Positions 15,911 through 30,605 of a stretch of 64,000 nt of DNA are shown one piece after another. The notes under the pieces were generated by a model that was not told where the DNA came from, ran no database searches, and worked only from the letters and a program-made list of their open reading frames with translations. The stretch is from Eledone cirrhosa (taxonomy: Eukaryota), in the NCBI GenBank assembly GCA_964016885.1, contig OZ024740.1:361894001-361958000 (forward strand), written 5' to 3'. Position numbers and translations under genes: made by a program. How positions within the stretch are numbered: position 1 is the first letter of the stretch; every line of letters begins with the position of its first letter.

Positions 15911-16186
15911 CAACACTATATGCTCCCTTTACAAATATGTTGATTTGTGCCAAAGATAGAAATCAGTATTGTAGTATTGTATATGCAAAGATCCGACTAA
16001 GAGTTGAGATAAAAAGTAACGAAAATAGATTTATACACTGTGTGTGAGTGTGTGTGTGAATCGACTCTTATGACAAGTGTTACAGCTATTCGAACAACTG
16101 ATCAGCCTGCATGTGAAATTAACATGCAAATGGCTGAGCATCCCGCTGACAAATGCACACTTAACTAGATAAATCCGTCGTATATG

Positions 16187-16317
<131 letters not shown>

Positions 16318-16380
16318 GTGTAACTTAGCAATTCGAGAAAAATAAGTGCCAGACATGAAAAAATGTACTGGGGTTGATAT

Positions 16381-16666
16381 AAAATAATAATAATTATTGT
16401 GTACAGTGCACTACAACTCATTAAAGGTACATGTATAGTACATAGAATAATGTAGAAATGTCAGGAAAGAGAATAGCGTGTGAGTCATGATATACACACA
16501 GTCACACATACACATGCATGCATGTGTATGGAGGGGGAATATCAGGTGTAGTAATAGCGAATTTCAGGAAGCATGGAACTTTTGAAGGATGCATTGTCCC
16601 GACAGCTAACAACTGATGCAGGTAGTTTGTTCCATGCTTCAGCAACTCTGAGCATGAAAAAATGCC
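16381..16666 (-). mobile_element. CR1/L2-type LINE 3' fragment
   Basis: Minus strand translates HFFMLRVAEAWNKLPASVVSCRDNASFKSSM..., matching the FF..RV...WN.LP..VV...FK ORF2 C-terminus; followed by a 3' UTR and ATT tail. Confidence 0.7.
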
Positions 16667-17072
16667 TGTCGTCTAATGGCAGAAACCAATAAAAGAGACT
16701 AAAAGCATATAGAGAGGGTACTTATATGGATTAACATAAGATTAAAGACCCATAAACCGATATAAAATGGTTTCTAGGACAATGGCAAGTAGTTTTGGTT
16801 AAATAGAAGTTAACAAACTTTAACACATTATAGGGAAACAGTGGTTTTCAGAGACGAATGTCTCTCTCTCCTCCTCTTATAATCCCAGCTTTCCTCAACT
16901 CCTCCACTATTTTGAATTGTCATCTAGTAATGTTTTAACAGAACATGATAAGCTTTTCAAACCCCAATAATTGTATAGTCCCAAAACAGGATTTTGTCTG
17001 AAGCGGCATTTTTGTTTTTTGTGAATTGTTAATTCGTGATCACCCTTACTGTCAGGTGTATTGGCATTTCAT

Positions 17073-17255
17073 TGGTGGATTGGCAGTATCAGTAGAGGGT
17101 CGGACATCATGCTTTGATGTATAGAGTTACCGCCCTTGCCATTCTGAGTTCAAATCCCGCCGAGGTTAACTTTTCCTTTCATCCTTACGGGGTCGATAAA
17201 ATAAAGTACCAGTAATGTACTGGGTAATTGCTGGCCTTGTGCCAAACGTAGAAAC

Positions 17256-17259
<4 letters not shown>
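17073..17259 (+). mobile_element. tRNA-type SINE family A, young copy
   Basis: Full head, CTTTCATCCTTACGGGGTCGATAAAATAAAGTACCAG core and tail. Confidence 0.9.
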
Positions 17260-17289
<30 letters not shown>

Positions 17290-17393
17290 AGGGAGTGTAA
17301 CGTGAAGCTACTGTAGGTTCACCCAGGTGAGCACTCGATGTTTAGGTTCACATCAGTAGCGAGGTGTAGAGCTAGACAGAGTGTAATATAATA

Positions 17394-17662
17394 ATACAAG
17401 GGTGATTTGTTAAGCCTTCATTGCGTTTATTGATTAGTGACACACCTTTAGCTATTGATCAGCTCAAGGTTCGATCTGTATCGATCTGGCCCGACTCTTG
17501 AATCAAAAGCTCGCCTGACCTCTGTCATTATTACTACAACAGAGGTTCGACGAGCTTTTGATTCCAGAGTCGGGCCAGATCGATACAGATCGAACCTTCA
17601 GCTGATCAATAGCGAAACGCGCGTCACCAATCAACAAACGTAATGAAGGCTTAACAAATCGT

Positions 17663-17670
<8 letters not shown>
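17394..17670. mobile_element. Imperfect ~275-bp fold-back hairpin containing a hammerhead 3' half
   Basis: ~130-bp arms around loop 17526-17538; the right arm has GC-GAAACGCGCGTC (17614-17625); no CTGANGA found. Confidence 0.7.
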
Positions 17671-17709
<39 letters not shown>

Positions 17710-17726
17710 CACTTTCTCCAAGCGTG

Positions 17727-17728
<2 letters not shown>

Positions 17729-17793
<65 letters not shown>

Positions 17794-18637
17794 TAAAAGG
17801 AAAAGAAAATGCTGACAAATTGTTCCCAGTGAAAAATAGTTTAATTAGGAATAAGTAAAAATTAGTAATAAGTATTGGTTAGTATTCAGTTTTAGTTTTA
17901 AGTTTTTACCAGTTGCGCATTTCTAATGCTTTTCAAAAATAATTTTGAGATAGAGCGCCCGTGATGTTTGCTCTAATCTGATTAGTTTTGAAAATTCTAC
18001 CTGTTTTATGTGAAAAAAGTGGCTCCAGAGGTATTAAAATAAGTTTCGCGCCAATTCGTGTTGCAAAAATTCTTGTGGTCAAAACAATTTTGATTGGTCG
18101 GTAGAGGTCACGTGAATGTTAAAATTTGATTTTGCGCCAAATGTAGATTTGTCGAAGAGTGTCTTTTTTCGCCTGATTGAGAAGTCACTGAAAAATAAGT
18201 CTTCTAAGACAAATATGTGTGTGTGTGGGTGTGTAGTAAAGAGGTTCATTGTTGTGATAATGGTCAGTAGGGATGTAGTGTGAATTGCAGTCATGTTGAA
18301 AGGTCAACAGTTCAGGTGCCTATTAAGACAAATATGTGTGTGTGTGTGTGTGTAGCAGAGTAATTCGTCAGTAGGAATGTGTCTGTACGTGTGTGGGGGA
18401 TATTTTAACATGTTAAAAGATATTTTTCAGCTCTTGTCTTATACGGAGATGTGTGTGTGTGTATATATGTCTCTTTGTATGTTAGTATGTGTGTGTGTAT
18501 ATGTGTGTGTGTGTATATATGTGTGTATGTGTGTGTGTGGACCAGTATTTTTGTGATACTGGTAAAAATGGTGTACGTTATTCGATATTTTCAGCAAAAA
18601 CGATTCTCTAAAGAGAACATCAAAAACATTAATAATA

Positions 18638-18683
<46 letters not shown>

Positions 18684-18689
18684 CACATA
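17729..18689 (-). mobile_element. ~960-bp non-coding insertion with 19-bp target duplication, TA tracts at both ends, HHR-like motif and promoter-like motifs
   Basis: CACTTTCTCCAAGCGTGAA at 17710-17728 and 18690-18708; HHR-like motif at 17904-17939 (-); patchy homology to 33040-34103. Confidence 0.7.
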
Positions 18690-19666
18690 CACTTTCTCCA
18701 AGCGTGAACCTAATATGGCTTTGAACGTGTGCATCCTTGTGTTTGTTTTGCTTCAACTTGTGTGGCTTAGTGATTAGGGTGCTATATCCATGATCATAAG
18801 GTCGTATGTTCGATTTCGGAACCGAGCGGTGCGGTGTTTTTTAAAACAAGACATTTCATTTAAGGCTGCTTTTTATGATAAGACTGAGAACCCTATATTT
18901 AAAACCCTTCTATGAAATACAATCGCATAAGAGGCCAGCTAAACCTGCCTGGGCGTAAGCTATGAATTTCATTTCAATATATACTATTCTTTCCCTGTTT
19001 GGATTTCTTCCCTTTGGCTAAAATTCTTTAACTGGGATTTGAAATTCCTTCTCTGGGAGCCAGGTTTCTCCCATTTGGGAATCACTGTGCTAAAGAGTTC
19101 CTTTAGGTAATATTTTCTGGTATTTTAAACATTTCTTGGTCTATTAATATAGATTAAATTTAATAATTCTGTAAACTTTTTCCGGTTCGGTTAATTTAGT
19201 TTGGATTCAGAGCTGTTTTACTTAAATAACAGATGTTGATATATACCGTAAGAAATGATTATAGGATTAATACACGCATATGTGAACAGAAGCCTGCTTT
19301 AAGTATGCGGTATGGCAAGAAGTAATGTGTGATGAATTTTTTTAAAATGCTTCGCATTTTTAATGTTTTCTAACAAACAAAGCAAATGATTGTGTTGCAT
19401 GATATGGTTGAGAACAGGTAGCATCTGTAAACGTTGCTATTACTGTTGAAGATGATAGATATATGAGGATATTTGCTTCTTGAAGCCTAACGATCCATCA
19501 CTATTTGAAGTCTTAACAATACAGTAGTGTATATATAATGAGAAAGGAGATATATAGAGTCACTGTAAAAGATTTAGGAAGACCAAACAGCAAAATGAAG
19601 GTGGATTAGTGAGAGTGTGTTTCATTAGAAAGGAATTAAATTTTGTAAACAGATAAGGTAGTAGTG

Positions 19667-19721
<55 letters not shown>

Positions 19722-19744
19722 CAACATCAACAGTATTATTATCA

Positions 19745-20180
19745 GTGATGGATTGGCAGTATCCGTAGAGGGTCAGTGGCCATGCTTTGCAGCATAGAGT
19801 TATGTCCCTTTACGGTTTGAGTTCAAATCCTGCCGAGGTTAACTTTGCTTTGAGTTCAAATCCTGCCGAGGTTAACTCACTCATCCTTACGGGGTCGATA
19901 AAATAAAGCACCAGTAATGCACTGGGGTTGATTTAATCGACTTTCCCCTCGCCTTCAAATTATTGGCCTTGTGCCTATACTAGAAATCATTGGATTGGCA
20001 GTATCGGTAGAGGGTCGGGCGCCATGCTTTGAAGCATAGAGTTACCCCCCTTTATGATCTGAGTTCAAATCCCGCCGAGGTTAACTTTGCCTTTCATCCT
20101 TACGGGGTCGATAAAATAAAGTACCAGTAATGCACTGGGATAATTGCTGGCCTGGTGCCAAAAGTAGAAACAATTATTAT
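19745..20180 (+). mobile_element. Two adjacent family A SINEs
   Basis: Two heads (19745, 19991); internal duplication of TTTGAGTTCAAATCCTGCCGAGGTTAACT; flanked by (GTA)n. Confidence 0.85.
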
Positions 20181-20607
20181 TAGCAGTAGTAGTAGTAGTA
20201 GTAGTGGTGGTGGTGGTAGTAGTATAGTGATAGTAGTAGTGGTGGTGGTGGTAATAGTAGTAATTGTAATAGTATGCAACACCAAAATCAAAATGAGAAA
20301 TCATTATTATATAATTTCTTCGGTAGTTTCCTTCGATTTTCTACTGCATCACCTGGTGCACGTTCGTGTTCCTGAGGTGTGTACAGTATTGTGTTCGTAT
20401 TTTTGAGGGAGTTGGTGGGGAATATAAACTCTTGTTAGTGTACTGCATCAGTCTTGTTCTTGTTATGGGGTTTAGTTTGTTGTTGTTTCTGGTGTTGTGT
20501 TTTTGTTTTCTCTTATGTATGGCGTATGTAATGAGAGTTAGGTTATTATTTGGGTATTAATCTTGAAGAATATATGTTGTGGGAGTTGTGTTATCTTATT
20601 ATTATAA

Positions 20608-20815
20608 ATTGGCAGTAGAGGGTCCAACGCCATGCTTTGCAGCATAGAGTTACGGCCCTTTATGATCTGAGTTCAAATCCCGTCGGTGTTAACTCTGCCT
20701 TTCATCCTTACAGGGTCGATGAAATAAAGTACCAGTCACGCACTGGGGTCGATTTAATCGACTTCCCCCTCTCTCAAAATTGCTGGCATTGTGCCTATAT
20801 AAGAAACAATTATTA
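20608..20815 (+). mobile_element. Family A SINE
   Basis: B box and conserved core present. Confidence 0.85.
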
Positions 20816-22318
20816 TAAATGTTATTCACATTTTCCTCCAAACAATATCAATGCCACTACAGGATACAAAGCCATAAAATGGATTCCACGGTACAGCGCT
20901 AGAGTTAAAATGTTCTACTGCTTTTCGTTTCGTCTTTTTATTCCTTTGTGTTCAGTAATAAACCAAAACTGATTCAATTAGTTTTACGTATTCCTTGCTA
21001 TGTGCTAATGTAAGAAATCTATATTTTATTTAATACGATGTGTAATGTTACAGATTGAATGTATTAATCATCATTAAGTTTTAACGAACTAGTATCAAAA
21101 AGGATTTTCTATTTTTATTTGTTCAATTTACTTCAAACGCAAGATGTTTTTAATTCAATTTACTTTTTTGTTACTGTACTAATTTAAAATATATGTGAGG
21201 TGTATTAGATTGAAAGCAGGCCTTTTCAATAAATAATAATTTATCTTTTATCGCTTTTAAGAGAGGTTAACTGATAATTCAGTGCTGACGTAAAGAAGGT
21301 TATTGTTATTATCACAGTGATCTGAGAGAAATAGGTTCAGACAGACTATACATTTTATACAATGCTTTATGGCATGTAATTGGCCGATAGCTCTTCGTCA
21401 TGTGAATAACATTGCATTTTAGTATCAGAATTGTTTCCACCAAACACCTATCAGTTTAGTATATTTATATCCCCAATGAGAGCTTGTTACCCTCGTTAGA
21501 AGTTTAATTTGTTGTACCAATGGAATAGACCTTCGCCAGTTTCGACGATGAGTGTTCCGGTTGTTTGATCATTAGAAATGCTTGCTTATGAAATTAACGT
21601 ATAAGTGGCAAGCATCTGGAAGAGACTTAACTGTCGGCTATTGATACAACAGTCCATAAAGCATGGCCAAATGGTTAACGAGTTCGCTTCCCCATAATGA
21701 AGTCCCGGATTCGATCTTTCTACGTGGCATCTTGGGTAATTGTCATTTATCATAGCGTCGATGCCTTGTGGGTAAAATTAGGTAGTCAGAAACTGTTTAG
21801 AAACCCGAAAACCCCACTTATAATACAAGATGAACTGTAGCTGCAATTGAAAGGGCTTGACGTTTTGCACACTGTGTCAATCTGAATCTGACTGAGAATT
21901 ACATTAAGGCTACATATGTCTGTGAAATGCTACTTTCACATTATTTTCACGGGTAGGCTGTTCCATTGATCCAACAACTGGAAAACTTGCCATTGGAAGC
22001 GACGGACATCCTTCACTGCTGATGAAAACGTCAATGAAGACAGATAAGCTGTCTGTTTCGTTATGGTCAAAATGGAACATGCATCGTCGAATCAGATCGA
22101 GGTCCCTTCTATATATTCCTATGTTCTTTCTTTTTACGACCTCCATACATTACTATATTCTTTTGCATTTTTTTTTTAGTTAGTGAAAAGTATCGCTATT
22201 TATTCTTGCTGCATGTTCAACTATGATCATGTTACAGGCACCACGGGACAAGAGCAGTTGATGCATTTCACTGTCATTACAGTTCGTCAGCCCTCGCTTA
22301 CTCACTCTAAATATATTC

Positions 22319-22367
<49 letters not shown>

Positions 22368-24619
22368 ATTATAAATTATTTCATCATGACTGGTGAATTG
22401 GTGGTATATGGCGTTGAAAGTATTTTCTGTGGGGCCTATATGAGATTTCGTGGTGTCGCCGGTAGAGAAATTTCCAACTACATAATTTGTTTAATTACAT
22501 CTCAAACGAATGTCCATCAAACAAATTACTCTGGTCATTTCAGTTATGTCCTTCTTTGTATGTGATAAAGTGGCGTTTGACTAGAGGTCTCTTCATGAAC
22601 AGAAATATAAGAGTACTTGTCTTCTGATGAACGGTTGATAAGCAATGAAACATGAAAAGTCAACCTGTTGTTTTTCCCATTTGGTTAAATTGCCACAGCG
22701 AAGCTTAAAACTGTACTTATACCTAAATTATATTTATAGTATATTTTTTTAATAAACGCCGGTTGCTGCATAAATATCAATTACCGCGCCAGCTGGATTC
22801 CAAGCATTAGTTGTTTCTAGATTCAGTTCATATTGTTGTTATGATGCTTATGACAGTCATCACTGGACAATAACAGTCGGTTATGGAATAGCTAATGGCA
22901 TATTTTACCCCATGATATAGGAGGACGGTGTGGTACGTTAATCTTTACTTGCTTCTTAGTGCAATTAAAGCGTGTGGCTGAGCATTAGGAAAGATTAAAA
23001 TGTTTTATTTTATTTCATTTATCTATCTATTCTAATTTCATTTACTTATTTATTTATTTCATTTTTTCCCCATTAAGGTAGTAAGATTGAGGTTAGTTTT
23101 GGCTGGTATTCTATCACCTTTATTCTATTTAATTTCCATGACTTTAATAGCGTTCCCGTTGGCCGCCGCTCTGATTTGAGTTTGGGTTGAAGGTGGGAGT
23201 GATACCTAAAAAAGTGACCAAAGCGGTTGGTGTCCTGGCCTTTGAAGTTTGGTATAAAGCTATAAGTGGTAGAATGGTGGTACGTGTCTCACCGAATGCT
23301 ATGTCTTTCCTCCCTTCCTCGTTTCTTTGGTTCTTTTTTTTTATTGGTTTATTCCTTATTCTTCAGGCTTGCCAGACCAAGCTAATTTTGATAAAATATG
23401 GCATAAAAATGATATTCCAGTAAGTTTGAATTTTATAAAATAATTTAGCAAATCTCCATTTGCTTATTTTATTCTTATTTGTGTATTTACATTTGTGTGT
23501 GTATATGCATATATGTGTGTTTGTTTAAAATGCGGTTTGAAGTATGTGATTAATTTTATATTGCTTTTGGACTTTGTATTTATGTAATATTCCTCCTTTA
23601 ACCATATTGTTTATTTCAATAATATTTTTTTCTTGTGTTGTATGGTCTATGATTTTTCTGATACAAACTTCCCTGTGCATGGCAGCACACGATTAGAACA
23701 TATTTTGTCTCGGTGGTAAGTTAAGGGAGTTATGGTTGAAATACGCAAGGAGAAGGTGAAGCACGGTATATTATGTAGTGTGGCTGTAGTCGCTGCATAT
23801 AATAATAGTTTTATTATATAGGAATTACATAATATGCAGTTTCATAACGTGTGTCTACCCCATTTGCTGGCTGTTGCGCGGTCCATGGTTGGTTTACGAA
23901 ATCGGGAATGCAGGTCAGACGCAGGTTTAAGGTGTTTTCTGAGTGTTTTGTTTACGGGTTAAGGCAATCGACGGTCCTGCTTATACAAACACACACACAC
24001 ATTGTGTGTATATATATATATATAATTCGGAATATAAAAAAAACAGACAACGCAGGAGTACATGTTACAAATAGTATTAGTTTCACGCTTAGTGAGAGTT
24101 GGGTTTGTGGGTGCAGCGTTTCGGACATCAGGAGAGTGGGGAGGGGGGACTCCGAGAAGGAGTGAGGGGAGGAGTTAGCGAGTAAAAGGAGATAAAGATA
24201 AAACATGAAGTGGAAAATAAACACACATACACACAAATACACACAGATACACACAGATACACACACATACACACAGATACACACATACACACACATACAC
24301 ACAAATACACACATACACACAAATACACACAGATCTTTGGGTGGTCGAACTCCTATATATACCTCAGACAAGAAGGATTGAGATTTATTTGTTCCGCACT
24401 TCAAATTTCACATCTAAAGTCTGGTTTAGCAATTTAATCTCCTTGAAGTCAATAAAACAATCATTAAGAACCATTTGAGATACAAAGCTAGAGTATACAG
24501 TTTACTAACTTATTATTCAGTACAAGATGTGTCTGTTATCCATAACACTTATCGGACTACTTATGCACGCGACAGTATATGTGTATGTATTCATATGGGC
24601 ACGCAGGTATCTATGATGG

Positions 24620-25060
24620 CATCTGGTTTCGTGGTTACTCTGTTAAGCTCACGGCGTTAAGTTGTAAGTTTCCAGTGATGCCTTTTGTCATTGAGCAAGA
24701 CTCTTTATTTCACATAGCTTAGTGGTTAGGAGTATTGGGCTTACGGACTTAGATTGTGAGTTCGATTCCCGATCGCGTTTTTTCCTTGAGCAAGACACTA
24801 TATTTCATATTGTTCCTGTCCACTCAGATGGAAAAAATGAGTTGTACTTGTAGTTCATAGGCCAGCTTTGTCACACGATGAATCTCCCTGAAAACTACGT
24901 TAAGGGTTTCATGCGTCCGTGAAATACTTAGTTACTTGTACAAGATGGACTGTACCTGTAATTCAAACTGCCAGTCATGGGCATGTCTGTGGAATGCTTC
25001 CTGGCAATAACAGTTCAAGAACAAGATGTTCCATTGGTCAAACAACTGGGATACACGTCA
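24620..25060 (+). mobile_element. Nested or duplicated family B SINEs
   Basis: Two heads and two TTGAGCAAGAC motifs; B box GAGTTCGATTCCC. Confidence 0.7.
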
Positions 25061-26049
25061 ATCTCACAACTTTAGACTGAAGAGCCGAACACTCTAACTA
25101 CTAAGCCACGTGTCTTGACAAAATCGAGACATAATTAACAAATACTTTTCTTTTAACAATGAGTAGGATGCATGTATACTACAGGTAACATTCCTACAAT
25201 ATATAGTCGGCTTACACAATTATGTCAACAAGTATATATAGGAATCTGACAAGAAAGAATGAAATGCTGCTGAAAATATAAGATCACTGCCCATGAGACA
25301 GTAATTCAATATTTCCCTTAGTCACATATTTCTAGTAAGAACCGGCAAAGAGAAGCTGTACTTAAGCTATCGGCTTTCTAGAAACAGCTGTCAAATCTTA
25401 CTCAAATTACACTCTATCGTATTAAAAAATGAAGTTTATATTCAATAATGTAGCCCTTGATAGAAAAAAAAAACGAGATGGTTACTTAAGGAAAGCTTCG
25501 ATTATAGGTTTGCCCAATTAGAGCGGGTCTGAGGTTAAAAAACAACAACAACAACAACTCTTATACAATCGATTATTATAAATGTGACACGATGACAAAG
25601 AATCTATCAAAATTCCCTTCTAATTATATAAAAAAATAAATTTAGATGTAATAAACATACAAACACCAGATATCACTAATTGTTTGGGCTAAGACGATCA
25701 ATTTCTCGATACGCAAAAATACTCCCACACAAAACATATACCCCTCCCCCATATATATATATATATTGAATATATATATATATTGAATATATATATATTG
25801 AATATATATATATTTACACTGATAAGAAAACTATATATTCTCGCCTGTTTTCAAGTCCAGAAGTTGCAAAAGCGGGCGGGATTGATTGTTCTGATGGGAA
25901 CCAGTTCAGTTCTGAATGCATCGACGATTGTCCCCTTGCGTCTGCTGGACACCGCCAGGTGCCGATAGCCACCGGTGTTTTTGCATAGCTTCAGCTTTCT
26001 AAATGTTTATTTATAACCATACCGTATTTCTCTAGAAATACGAAATTCC

Positions 26050-26108
<59 letters not shown>

Positions 26109-26173
26109 TTTGTATACTCCACTAATGTATTGAGTAACTTACTTACTGTGGTTACCTCCGATTGAAGCCGGGA

Positions 26174-26231
<58 letters not shown>

Positions 26232-26309
26232 ACAAAGGAATTGTGGTAAGGAACCAGATGGACCATAACGCACCAGAGTACTCAATACTTAGGGTAGTAG
26301 AGTGGGAAA

Positions 26310-26423
26310 TAGGAAAAAGTATGACCCCGACGGCAGAGCTCAAGCCGTTTCGACGGCTATATCTGGACTCAGATATAGCCGTCGAAACGGCTTGAACTCT
26401 GCCGTCGGGGTCATACTTTTCCC

Positions 26424-26425
<2 letters not shown>
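26310..26425. mobile_element. Near-perfect ~115-bp hairpin centred on a hammerhead stem II
   Basis: GACGGCTATATCTG-gact-CAGATATAGCCGTC-GAAA-CGGC(ttgaactct)GCCG-TC-ggggtcatac; the 5' side is the inverted copy of the 3' half. Confidence 0.8.
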
Positions 26426-26508
<83 letters not shown>

Positions 26509-26640
26509 TTATTAGTGGAAGTAGAGGAATTACTGCTGAGCTCGCGGTAGATCCTCTGCTCCCACTAATATACCCACTCTTGCCATGTAGCGAGTACATC
26601 TTTGATTTGTGGACTTTCTAGTCTCTGTAACACCGACTAT

Positions 26641-26703
<63 letters not shown>

Positions 26704-26771
26704 GAGATATAGCGGGTAATTGCTTTTGATGCTAGAAACCCTGAAAGGCAGTTTAGCTAAACATACATATT

Positions 26772-27000
26772 TTAACCCTTTAGCATTTAAACCGGCCAAA
26801 TCCGGCCAGAATTATCTCACCTCTTTCTGTTCAAACCGGCTGTAACCGACTGCTCATACTTATGTTAAGGTATTGTTCTCAAAATAAATAATATCAAAAT
26901 CGCCTAGATTCAATATTATATGAGATAATTATAAGAGATAAAGTGTTTACCATGAAAATACAACAGTAAATGTAGAGTAATGTAAATGCTAAAGGGTTAA
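26772..27000. mobile_element. piggyBac-type MITE
   Basis: TTAA-CCCTTTAGCATTTA ... TAAATGCTAAAGGG-TTAA: 14-bp TIR with TTAA flanks. Confidence 0.85.
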
Positions 27001-28319
27001 GGAGGACTGACGGAGAAAGATAAAAACTGACATTTATAATAAGATATTCATAGATGTGAATTTATTTAACAGTTTCAGCAAACGATTGTATATCTATTTA
27101 GGAGACAACACAACAAAAAAACGCGCGAAAATGCGCTAAAACAAAATGCCGAAGAGCTAAAATAGAGTGGCTGCACCACATAAAAAATGTGCGTGTTAAG
27201 CACTGCTAAAACGCATCATATATAGCGTTTTTCGCGTTAAATAAACAACGCTGTTCACTTGACTCGATCTAGATGTAGCCATTTTAAGAGAAACTAATAT
27301 CTAAAATAAAGTTACTTTGACATTTAACAAAACATGCTTTGGTAAACGAATTAATTAGACAGTTCTTAAATTAGCAAGTTTTCCTATTCAAAAATTGCAA
27401 CAAATGTAACCTGTAACTGTGTGTAAAAATAACTTTGATGTTTCTTGAAATGTTACATGAATAAGAATAAAAGAAATAGGAAACACAGAGAGATAGAAAA
27501 CATGGCTGTTCTTGTTTTTATAAAGGAATGTTCGTATTTCCTTGGTAATTCTTTATTAGTTTCGAATCTTTCACAGCCCCATCTTCAAAATTATTACCAC
27601 ATATTTCGCACTACTCATAAAGGATCATGGGAGTTATAGGAAATCATGCACACCTGATTCAAAATTTCTCACCGGTTGAAGCAAGGCAGTTATGATTGAT
27701 TACACGTAAACTTTGTTAATTTTGGGTTTTTCGTAAAACCTTAGTTGTTCGTTTTGAATAGTTAGAGTGTCGGACAAAATACCTCGTGGTATTTAGTCAG
27801 CTCTTTTCTGAGTTCAATCCTTACCAAGATCAAATCCTTTCATCCTTTCGGGGGTCGATAAAATAAAGTACTAGTTTGGCACTGAGGCAGATATAATCAA
27901 CTTTTCCCCATCCCACAAATTGGTGGCTTAGTACCTTAATTCGAAAGCCCTTATTACCACTTCTACACTAACGGGATAACCTGCTCCTACATAAAACTAT
28001 ACAACAGATGGAGCCATCAGTCAAAATCCTTTTTTTTATAAAACAGTATTCAAAATTCTTGTGCTGCGATTTTCGTTCACCATCGTTACTATCTATTTAT
28101 GTAACATTTAATCCCATGTGCCGACTCAACATTCTTCTAACATATTTAGCTACACATTTTATAAAGATTATCGTGACTTTTATACTATTTACCTTAACAA
28201 AATGATCACACAGTTAAGGATTGTAAATATTTGATTATTAAAGTGTAAAATAACCATAAGAAAAGCCATTCTTATTTTTTAAAATGTATACTACTGTGCC
28301 AAGGCTTTTTATATTTCTA

Positions 28320-28355
<36 letters not shown>

Positions 28356-28866
28356 CATTTAAACGCTTTTCTCTGGTTAGATCATTCATTCTGGAGAGGC
28401 TTCACTTGGTAAAGATGATACCAACATCTGTTGTGCAGATGAATCACTCTATGTAGTTGGGTCCTACCTCCGACCAACTCCAACTCCCGTATACTGTTTA
28501 TAGTCAGAAATAGTTACAAATGTCTTAGTACTTTTAAATCCCGATTCAGGTTGAGGTTTAACGCATTTCCTATCATTAATGATGGTATAATAGGGCAGAG
28601 GATTAGCAGAATCGGTAGAGCGTCGGATAAAATGCTTTGTGGTATATATTCTGAACACTATGATCAGAGTTCAAATCACACCAATATCGAATTTGCTTTT
28701 CATTTTCCAATGCCGATAAAAATACAATACCAGTGAAGTAGTGGGATCGATGTAATTGATGTAATCGACGTTTCCCTTCTTTCAAAATTGATGGCGTTGT
28801 ACCTAAATCAGTAAGTAGGTTTTGTAAAATTTTTAGAATAAGAAGTCTTAATACTAAGAGTAGAGT

Positions 28867-29050
28867 ATTGGCAGTATCGGTAGAGGGTCGGACGCCATGC
28901 TTTGACGTATAGAGTTACGGCCCTTGCCATTCTGAGTTCAAATCCCGCCGAGGTTAACTTTACCTTTCATCCTTACGGGGTCGATAAAATAAAGTACCAG
29001 TAATGCACTGGATAATTGCTGGCCTTGTGCCAAAAGTAGAAACAATTATT
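28867..29050 (+). mobile_element. Family A SINE, young copy
   Basis: Near-consensus sequence; an older copy lies at 28594-28810. Confidence 0.9.
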
Positions 29051-29139
29051 TGTATACTATGCTATGGATAAAACTGCTTTATAGCCTTAAATATCTGAAT
29101 GCCTTATACAGTTGTATGATCAACTTATATAATTTACCA

Positions 29140-29174
<35 letters not shown>

Positions 29175-29847
29175 GTATATGCGTGTGTGTATGGAGAGGG
29201 AGAAAGAGAGAGAGAGATCTGTGTGTGCGCGAGTAAAGAGTAGTCGCTCAGTGGTCAGGATGTTGGGTTCATAATATTACGTTTGTGGGTCAAATCTCGG
29301 ACTGTTTCTGCAGCTCACTCAGCTGGATAAATTGAGTTGCGCCGACATTGGTTCGAAGCTGTATCGTCTTTTACATTTTCCTTGGAAAACATCATTGTCG
29401 TAGATCTGGGAGACTGGCATGCATAGACAACAGCTAGTCTAAGATGTCAAAAGAGCTATCCAAAATCTATCTAAGATGTTTTTACTCAATTTGTTTACTT
29501 AGGTATATTTTATTCAATGCCAAAATAACCTTGTTTTATCTATTAAAATAGATACAGCTAGATTCAGTTTAATTTGATAAAGAAAAAAACCCACGATGAA
29601 AATATTTCTGAATTTAAGTTTAGCCATTTTTAAAATAATAATTTCTGCAACATAATCGTGATCTACACTTTCGAATGCTGTTGATGTTGAGTTTGTTCTG
29701 CTAATAATTGACATAAGGTAGAAAAATGTGGAGAATATTCCTGATGCTAGCCATTCTGTGAAGGGTGGATTGGAAAAAAATGTTTATTGTGTTGCTTGGT
29801 TATACAAAACAAACTAGACGTTATGGAAAGAGGAAAACAATGGTTTA

Positions 29848-30605
29848 TAATAATGATTTCTACTTTAGACACAAAGCCATCAATTTTGGTGGAGGGGAAA
29901 GTCGATTAAATCGACCCCAGTGCATTACTGGTGTTTTATTTTATCAACTTTGTAAGGATGAAAGGCAAAGCTAACTTCGGCGGGATTTGAACTCAACGAT
30001 GGTTTATAATAATTGTTCCTACTTTTGACACAAGGTCAGCAATTATTCCAGTGGATTACTGGTGCTTTATTTTATCGACCCCGTAAGGATGAAAGGCAAA
30101 GTTAACCTCGGTGGGATTTGAACTCAGACCGTAAAGGGGCGTAACTCTTTGCTGCAAAGGATGACGTCTGACCTTCTACCGATACTGCCAATCCACCGCC
30201 CTCTGCCAATCCAATGATTTCTAATTTAGTTACCAATTTTGAGGAGGTACAAGTGAAGTATTTTATTTTATCAACATTGGAAGGACGAAAGACAAAGTTG
30301 ACCTCGACTGGATTTGAATTTAGAACATAAAGAGCATAAATACCACAAAGCATTTTATCCGACGCTCTAACAATTCTTGCAAACAACAAATGATCAATTA
30401 TAATATTGATTTCTGATTTAGACACAAGGCCAACAATTTGGGTGAGGGAGGAGAAGAAAGTCGATTAAATCGCTTCCAGTGCGTTACTGATACTTTATTT
30501 CATCGATCCCGTAAGGATGAAATGCAAAATTGAGCTCGATGGGATTTGAACTCAGAACGCGGAAAGTCGTAACTAAATACTGCAAAGCAAATTTTCATAC
30601 GTTCT
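29848..30605 (-). mobile_element. Cluster of four same-orientation family A SINEs
   Basis: Four reverse-complement cores (GGATGAAAGGCAAAG...GGATTTGAACTC). Confidence 0.85.

Noticed and set aside
27115-27240. E2F-like inverted motifs as a promoter
   Set aside because: Short CpG patch with no associated exon or second line of evidence.
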